From Callorhinchus milii (lineage: Eukaryota), in contig NW_024704743.1 in the NCBI RefSeq assembly GCF_018977255.1, positions 6,264,001-6,328,000 of the forward strand: 64,000 nt of DNA. Direction: 5' to 3'. The notes beneath the pieces are model-generated. The model was not told the DNA's origin and did no database searches. It worked only from the letters and a program-made list of their open reading frames with translations. Position 1 is the first letter of the stretch. Each line of letters opens with the position of its first letter. The position numbers were made by a program, and so were the translations under genes. This document shows, piece by piece, positions 55,591 to 64,000 of the stretch.

Positions 55591-56389
55591 CTTTTATACT
55601 GCTCAGACTCTCCCGCCCCATCAATCAGGACAGTCCATGTGGCTCCATTATAACAAACTCATTGCTTAGCGGACCCCAAATTGCCATTCCCAAAACTCTG
55701 TTACGTTAGTAAAAAAAAGTTACTGAATCAGTTGTATGCGAATCACAGTTTCATGAAATGTTCAAGATTATGAAAGGGGAGAGGTATGCAAAGGCCTGCT
55801 TGGAGCTGAACTGGCTCCGAGGTGACATGTTTGGCAATGGAATGTGGGAATGTGGTGGTCTCGGTACTCCTATTCCTGAGCCAGATAGGTCTGTAGTGCT
55901 CCAGGGCTGTGACTGCACAGCCAGCCTGGCGCATCAGCAAGACTTGGAAGGGAAGAACAGTCACTGGGGGCGGGGAATCCTCCCTCTCAGCTCATGCTAA
56001 CCCTGCAAGCCAATTCCCTAACGTGTAGGGTGGTGCTAGCTGGACAAGCAGCAGAAAAACTTGCCAGATAGCAATACCAATGGCAAGCCATGTGGTTTTG
56101 GCTGGTTACAGTCCAGCAGTACACCAATGCACACTCTCGAGTCATCAAGCCTTGGCTCTTGACAACTTGCACTTAATACTTTCCAGAATTAGGTAAACTG
56201 GATGCATTCCCTCCAGGTAGAGACTGCGCATTCCATTCCAGCAAGATCTCTGGAATTCCCACGTGCAAATGTTTCGGATACTCTTAAGCATGGGGATGGT
56301 TGAGCATGGCAGTCAAATCAAAAAATGATTTAAGTTGGGAAAACAGCAGCACAGCCATGATTGACCAAATGGACTGGTTCTAATGTAAC

Positions 56390-58230
56390 ATTCTATGCAG
56401 TTCCAGAGGGTGGGGGCAGAATTGCTGAAGACCCACCCACCAATGTTAGTGGGGGGGGGGGTGGGGGAGCAAGGCGGGGGACATGAAGCCAACCAGAGCT
56501 CACTGAGTGCAGTGAATAGGAGGTTGATAGCGGGTTAGGAGGTTGCAGAGGTATGGGTGCGCAAGACCATGGAGGGCTTTGAAGGTGAGGACCAGGATCT
56601 TGAACGGTATCCTCTGTGTAATGGGAAGTCAGTGGAGTCGGGCAAGAATGTGGGTGATGGATCATGGAGTCTGGTGCAGAAGAGGATACATGCTGCCGAG
56701 TTCTGATGATCGGCAGCCTAAGGAGGGAAGAGTTGGGGAGGCCAACAAGCAGGGAGTTTGTATAGTCAAGCCTGGATGTTATGAATGTGTATATGAGGGT
56801 TAGGGTTAGTGGCGTGTGGAGTGAGACAGTGGCAGAGCCGGGCGTTGTTGTTTTAGGTGGGGGAAGGCACAGCATGTCATGGCATGGATGTTGGATAAAA
56901 AAGATAGTTGAGGGTCAAATAAGAGGGTCAAGGGTCCGGACTGGCTTAGAAAGGTGGAGTGTGCATCCTTGGATGGTCTGAGGACAAAGGACACAAGACA
57001 GAGCCCTGAGGAACGTTGTACAAGACGGTGTGAGGACTAGAGGAGAAACCCTTTGTAGAGATGAAGTGGAGACGGTTTGAGAGGTAGGATCTGAACCATT
57101 CAAGAACCATGAAGGTTGAAGTGAGAGGAGAGGCGGTGGAGAAGGATAGTAAACGGAAGGGTAAAGGCAGTTGAGCAGCGCCCCTCCACTTTGGCTTTGA
57201 GTAATTCTAGCACTGCCTCGCAGTTGGCATTGGAGGAGCAGATGGGCAAGGCATGAGAGGGTGGTCGGAGGAAGCACTTTGTGATGGAAAAGATGAGCCT
57301 GGGGTTGACCTTGGCATCCAATGTTGTCTTGGATTAGAACGACGATTTAGCGGAGGTAAGGTCGGATGTCCAGCCAGATTTGCCGATGGACAGTTGGATT
57401 TGAGCCAGGTGAGCTCATCAGCACGCACCTGTGCCTTAAGGGAGTGGAGGTGGCAGATGTACCAGCGTGCCTTTCATGAGTAGGAAATAGTTCAGGATGT
57501 GAGTGGACCAAGGGCATCGAGAGTGGAGGAGAGCGAGCTGTGGAGGAGAGTGACTGAGAAGGATAGGTCATTGCAGAAGGAAGCCCAGGGGGAGTTCAGA
57601 TGACTCCATAGCAGCGGAGAGAAAGCAGGGGGGGCGCGGTGGGTTTCTAGGGGTGGTAGGAGATGGAGCTGGGTTGGGAGGGGTGGGGGGAGAGGGATTC
57701 AAGAGTTAAGGGATATTAAGTGATGGTCCCAGATGGCTTTGTCTGTTACGGTGAGATCCAAAATGGTGAGACCCTGAGAGATCACCAGGTCGAGGGGATG
57801 ATCGCGGATATGAGTGGTGGAGTTGTTGTGGAGGGAGAGGTTGAGGGAGGAGAGGAAGGAGCAGAAGTCAGCAGAGGTAGAGCAGGAGGGGGTGAAGTGA
57901 AGGTTCAAGTCGCCTAGGACGAGGAGGCATTCGGAGCTGAGGGAGAGGGAAGATAGGAATGTGGAGATGTCAGGGAGGAAGGAGGGTGAGGGCTTGGAGG
58001 GGCAATAGGTAATGAGAATTTTGAGGGAACGTTTGGAGCGGTAATAAAGGGTACCGTGCTCAAAGGAGGGGAAGGTTCTGGAGAAGTAAGAGGATAGGCC
58101 GAGTGGGGACTGGGAGATGAGAGCCACACCGCCACTGGTTAAGTCATGGGGTATGATGGAAGGTGTAACCGAGTGGTGTGGACTCTGTCAGGGGAATGAT
58201 ATCACCTGGAATGGCCGAGGTTTAACATAC
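56390..58230 (-). mobile_element. Degenerate L2 LINE (endonuclease through 3' end, with deletions)
   Basis: GGVALI...LGDLNLH...TH..DHPLDLVI...WDHHLI (APE) in ORF 57699-58127; SRLDY.NS at ~56750. Confidence 0.8.
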
Positions 58231-58883
58231 TGTAAAGTGTTGTGAACGTGTGCTTTTGTGGGTGAACATGCGAGTCAATTTGTATAAAGCAATGTCCGAC
58301 AAACAGCCATGAAGTGAATCACCAATTTTACTTTGGGATTGTTGGCCAAGACACGGAGAAAGACTCCCTTCTCTTTTGAATACTGGAGTGCAATGGAATC
58401 TAATGGTTTCATCTGAACAGGCAGATGGGTCCTCAGTCTAACATCTGATCTGAAGCATAGAACTTCCAACAAAGAACCACACCCCCAGCAATGCATTGCA
58501 GTCTCAGCTTAGACTAAATGAGTTCCAAGTCCTGACTTCAAAGCGAACTTCGAACTGTGTCAGATTGACGCAATAATTCTTATCAGTAACAAATCAGCTA
58601 ACTTGGAAAAGTTGGGGGCAAAGTGCATTCTATTAATAATTAGGTGACATTATCTGGTGGATATCTGATATTCTTACTTGGTTTGATACATTCATAAGGA
58701 AAAGTGATATCACCAAATGGTTGATGAATTGTGTGAGAGGTGGAACAAAGAGCAACATTAAGATGGCCTTTGGTAATAAATTGAAGGAAACTGAATGCAA
58801 ATTTCTTTATCAAAGTACATGTATTTAAAAGTGCGGTCAAGATGGGGTCATCACAAAGAAGAAATAAGCGCAAAGAAGAAATC

Positions 58884-59013
58884 TGCTGCCGCGTTCGCCC
58901 ACAAATATACAGTCAATTCACTTTACAGTGTATTCTGTGAAGCGCTTTGGGACGTCCTCCCGACGTGAAAAGCGCTATATCAAATGCAAGGATTATTATT
59001 ATTACTATTATTA
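58884..59013 (+). mobile_element. SINE 3' fragment
   Basis: GCTGCCGCGTTCGCCCACAAATATACAG...GCGCTATATCAAATGCAAGG(ATT)n. Confidence 0.8.
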
Positions 59014-59379
59014 TATCTGCAATCAATGAATAATAGCTTATTTGATTAGTCATCAATTCAGTAAAGGGAATGCACACATTTCAGATAATCAGAAAAAGAA
59101 TTAAAGGGAAGTTGAGAAAAATAATCGTTACACAGAGAGTGTGTGGGATGTGGATTTCTCTGTTACAAAACCTTAGTTGAAGCTGCTTTCATAAACTGTT
59201 TTGACAGAGATGCTTGAAGAAGAGGAATATGAAGGAATATCGGAAAGATTCAGGAGAATGAGAATTAGGTTGGTTATCCTCCATGGGGTTGGTGGGTGGG
59301 GGGAGGGAGGGCCAGTAGCTAAGTGACTCCAAGGTGGCATATTTGGCAATGTAATGTTAGAATTGAGCCAGCCCTCTAC

Positions 59380-62300
59380 GTTGACCTCAGTGGTCCAGTT
59401 TCTGAGCCAGGCGGGTCCGTAGTATTCCCAGATGCAGCTGATGACAAAACAACCAGCCTGGTTCATCAGCAGGACTTGGAAGGGCAGACCATCACTTAGG
59501 GCAGGGAATCATCCCACTGAGTTCATGTTAACCCTGCAAGTGAAAGCCCTCATGGGTAAGATGGTCCTCGCTGGAAAAGCAGCTGGAAAAGCAGCGAGAA
59601 AGCTTGCCAGACAGCGATATCAATAGCTATGTGGTTTTAGCTGGTTAGACTCCAGCAGTATCCCAATGCTCACACGCGAATCCCTAAGTACATGCTTTTA
59701 CAATGCGGTCAAAATGGGTTCAGCACAAACAAGAAATGAGGGCATAATGAACATGTCATCAGCACCAATACCTGGACATCAACAGTGCAAAAGTGGGAAT
59801 TATTGCCCCCGGAAACCGATCTGCCAATCGACTAACACCCGGGTTCCTATTTACTGCTGGGTAAACAGACGCGTGTGGAGTAAGGAAACTTGCCTAATGT
59901 TTCTCCCTGCACGGGAATCAAACCCGGTTCTCTTGTTTGTGAGGCAAGAGCGCTAACCACAACACTCTTGGACTTGACATGCAATGAGAGATAGTGGTCA
60001 TATTTACAATGTTTGATAATTAAGACCAGTGTTGCTTGGTTCCTGCGATATGCAAGGGTTTAGCGTAAAACTAATATGCCAAGAGACACATTCGTACTAC
60101 AAAACACTCAGGTTCAAATAAACTGGATGGACAGAAACAAATCAATTATCTGGAGAGTGCTTTGGTGGTACCACCTGTTGGCTTATCTTCATGTCATTAT
60201 AAACTATTCAACACCATAAATTGTACCATAATGTTGCCTCACCGTTGACCTAAATACACGGGAACCTCATAATCGTGTCCCTTTCACATAGATTCACTTA
60301 TACTGCTGTTCCTTCTTCTCAGCTCCTGCTAACTCTGCAACCTAATGTCTTAATGGGTGGGGATCCTAGCTGGGCAAGTAGTGGAGAGCTTGCCAGACAG
60401 TGATCTCATTGGTAAGTCTTGTGGTTTTAGCTGGTTACATTTCAATGCACACTCTGGGATCCTCGAACCTTATCTCTTGCCAATCTGTGTTGTAAGGACA
60501 CAAGTTGGCAAACTGGGTGAATCCTTCTGGGAAGAGGGTGCACAATCCATTCCTGACAAGAGGAAATCTCACCTGAATTGCAGCTTTACTGAGTGAGTTG
60601 GAACTTCATTAATAAACTTCAGCCACCGCTGATAAAGTATATTTTCTGGTGCCTCGTCACCTCACAAATAATAATCAAGTCTAATGGCAGATGGTGCTTG
60701 AATATGATTTTCTTCTAACTTCATTTCCTCATTAGGTATCTGCCTTCAGCCTGGTGGTAAGAAACTTAGGAAGAAACTGTAGTTTCTTCAGTAAGAAACT
60801 CAGAATACCATGTGTATTATTCTTTTGAGCTTTGAGCTTCTAAGGCAACATAATATGTGGACACTTTTGGATTGGTACTTGTTTGACTTTGGGCTACAAA
60901 CATATTTTAACTTCCTGGCAACCCTGCTTGCACATCGACCGACCTCAGGTCACCTCTGACCTTCTCAACTTCATAGCCCTAAAGCAGGGTGACCGCACAT
61001 CCCCATTTTCTGAGGACAGTCCCGGATGAGGAATTGTGTCCCTGGCTAAATTTGCATTTCTTATTGGGAGGATGTCCCAAAGCGCTTCACAGGATTTACT
61101 ATGAAGTGAGTTGACTGTAACAGCCAATTTGTGCACAACAATGTCCTAAAAACAACCATGAAGTAAATTACCAATTTTATTTGGGGAATTGCTGTTCAGG
61201 ACACCGGGAGAAATTCCCTTCACTTTTTGAATAATGCCATGGGATCTTTAACATCCACCTGAACAGCCAGCCGGGGACTTGGATAAACATGTCATCCGAA
61301 GGACTGCTCCTCCAGTATATTGGATACTAATTGATAAATAAGGACCAATTGACTGGGACCAATGGAAAGAAATCAGGAGGGAGAGAAAACAGGAAGAACT
61401 GAGTAAAGGGTGTTTGGTGTGACTGTTGGATTTTGTAACTAAAATGAAAGAGTGTTCTGCACATGGTTTGTTGAGAACATAACACAGTAGTGCAACACCC
61501 CCCCACCACTGGACTGGGGTCGTCTTAGACTGGGAAGGTCCAACTGGCGGCCCTCGGGCCGAATCCGGCCCTGGGGGATGATTTCATCCAACCTGGAAAC
61601 CGTTTCCAATTTCCGGCCGCCTGCCCACAAACCCACAGCCCGCGAGTGGTCCCCTCGTTACAGCAGCTCAATGCGTGTGGGGAGTGGAAACAACACTGGC
61701 CATTTGCCGAGCTCAGGGGAAGGCAAGTGGGTCTCCTGACTGACCGCCGCCTCCTGGATAATGAGCCGCTCCGGGAGAGCAGCCGTTCGCATAACCCCAG
61801 AAAATTGCCGCTTCTGCTCATTAAGACCCGATCTCTTTCTTTGCGACGACGAACATTCTCCCCGATTTAGTCTCTTGAGGACAGTAAAGAAGCTTCCTCG
61901 CACCTCCTGCCGTCGCCGCCACACGGCGCGGTCTCCATTGGTCGCTTGTCAGGTCGTGGGCCAACGGTCATTTCAAACCGAGAAGCCACCCCGGCTCCCC
62001 CCCCCGTGATCTCGCGAGATCGCCCACCTGCCCCATCGTGCGGGCAGTCAGGGGCGGGGCTAAGGCCGCACTCCCCCCCCCCACCTCTCTCTCTCGCGAG
62101 AGTTTGTCTTCACCCGTTCTTGGGAGGAGGCGCGAGAGCGCTCGGCTGCAGCGCGTGTTCCGAGCAAAGCCGAGCGCGAGCGGGAGCCGTTGGGGAGGAG
62201 TGGCGCGGCACGTGCTCCCCCCCCCACCCCCAACCACCCGCACACACTAACCCAGCGGCTTCCTCACACACAACTGCTTCTTTCCCCAGTGAGAAATTCC

Positions 62301-64000
62301 TCTGCAGCCTTCACACCCCCTTCCCCTGTCACCTTCCCACCCGGCCATTCCCTTTGCCCAGTTGGTTTGCTTCATGTGTCCCCCCCAACAACTCCCTGGA
62401 GCTCCATTCCCTGAGCCCTTCTGACGCGCCCCCCCCCCACCCGCCTCGTTTCCCTCGTTCAAGCGACTCCATGGTCTATCTCACTCCCTACATCTGCGAC
62501 CGCCTACCCCCCCCCCCACCATCCTGCTCCTTCCGCTCAGCGGGCTCCGGCCTGCTTCACGTCCCCCGCCTCCCATTCCCCACCATTGGCGGGCAGGCCT
62601 TCAGCCACTCTGCCACCACCCTCTGGAACTCCATCCCGCCTCGCCTCGCGCCCTCCATTGCCTCCTTCAAGACCCGTCTCACCGTCCTCTTCAACCGTGC
62701 CTTCCATCACCTTCCGTTCCCCCCCCCTTGCCCTCCCTCCTCCCCCCCCCCTGCCCTCCCTCCTCCCCCCCCCTGCCCTCCCTCCTTCCCGACCCCCAGC
62801 TCGGTTCCGAAACACTGACTGTCCAGCACATTGGGACGGCCTCCCACCCTGAAAGGCACTATACACATGTAATTGTAGTTGTTCTTGTTCGAACCACATC
62901 AGGAGCTAACTCTTGTCCACCCGGCACCTGCGCTGGGGCTGGGAGTGTCGATCGCTGTGAGATGGCTTTCCCACATGAAAATGAAGATGTTTCAATATTA
63001 TGTTCATGTTTGTGGAAAGGAAACAACAAAATATTGCTCATGAGGCCCGCGACCTTTCTCAAATCTGGCATCCAGCCCTCAGCAGCCAAAGGGTTGGACC
63101 AGCCTGTCTTAGTTGATGTGAGGTCAAGTCATGTGGGGCTTGAACCCACTATATGGGCCATAAAATAGTCCGTGTCAGAGTGGACTCAATAGACTGACTG
63201 GTCTTCTGTTCCTGATTGCCTATGTACGTGTTAGTCTTCATTGGCCGGTAAGTGGCAATCGGATTACTCGCAAGGCCAGTGGTAAGTACAGTATTGTCTG
63301 CTTTGGGCAGCATATTTGATTGATGTGATAATTATTCTATCACAGGTTATACTACATGTTGAAGTTTGGATCTCACAAAGTTAATGCTGTTACTGAAGCA
63401 TACATGACGGAGGTATTGACCAGCAATATTCCAAACAATAAAAAAAGTAGTCAATTAAACTAGTTATTTGAGATGAATTTTGCTGCAGAAGGGGATATTA
63501 GCCAGAATGACCTGAAGAAATTTCCTACGCGTCTTTGAAATTGTGGTTTGCGATCTTTGAATATCCACTTGCATCACAAAGCAAATCAGTCCTTGGTTTA
63601 ACAATCATTCCAATATCAAATCATCTGGAATGATAAGTAATATTGTTTTATATAATGCTCTATTGTGTCATTGACACATCTCAAAGCACTTCACAAGATT
63701 TTACTGTGAAGTGTAGTGTCCATGTGTTTTGTAGGCAATCGCTGCAGCCAATTTGCCCCAAGGAACGTCCCACAAACAGCCACAATGTGAAGGAATAAAT
63801 AATGCTGTACTTGTGTTGAATATAAACAACTCAGGCACTTCAAAGTCCACAGTTCAAATGTTTCCACTGTGATCTGCAGTATGCTACTTACAGAACATGC
63901 TGTTCCCCTAACACACAGCAAACCTATTTTTGGGCAGTTGGTTAATTTGATGGTAATTTAATCCTAGTGTTACTTCCTGTGCGTTTTCCAAATGCATAGT
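59380..64000 (+). repeat. Source copy of the segmental duplication (runs off the window end)
   Basis: Collinear with 14190-17995; has extra ~60680-60990 and ~61880-62330. Confidence 0.9.
61500..62300. promoter_or_regulatory. CpG island / probable promoter of an unidentified neighbouring gene
   Basis: Locally dense CpG in an otherwise CpG-poor AT-rich window; GC box GGGGCGGGG at ~62051; ATTGG (reverse CCAAT) at ~61938; TCTCGCGAGA palindromes at ~62030 and ~62092. Confidence 0.65.

Noticed and set aside
58640..58873. Minus-strand 77-aa ORF with a GTAAG donor-like site at ~58678
   Set aside because: No recognisable homology or partner exon that I can support.
61946..62818. 290-aa Pro-rich ORF
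   Set aside because: It arises from GC-rich island sequence plus an L2 tail and C-rich low complexity; no recognisable domain.

Overview
Vertebrate genomic DNA, most likely a cartilaginous fish (inferred from Deu-domain tRNA-SINEs and L2/CR1/Tx1 LINE fragments). It contains two convergent, near-identical copies of an animal iterative type I polyketide synthase (KS-AT-DH-psiKR-psiER-KR-ACP; no MT, no TE), which form the arms of a >=32 kb inverted duplication. Copy B (minus, 6 coding exons, ~2108 aa reconstructed) is complete. Copy A (plus) shows only its 5.6 kb terminal exon. Copy B lies head-to-head with an intact 4-exon Patched-domain (PTCHD3-like, RND/SSD) transporter gene, with ~0.8 kb between a predicted PKS TATA box and the PTCHD3 ATG. 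This is a candidate vertebrate PKS-plus-exporter biosynthetic gene pair, reminiscent of bacterial pks-mmpL loci. Each PKS copy has one private and one shared single-base frameshift, which may be real or sequencing error. The palindrome spacer holds a relic third PKS 3' end and a CpG-decayed direct copy of the CpG-island region at the window's right end. The rest is mostly retroposon fragments.
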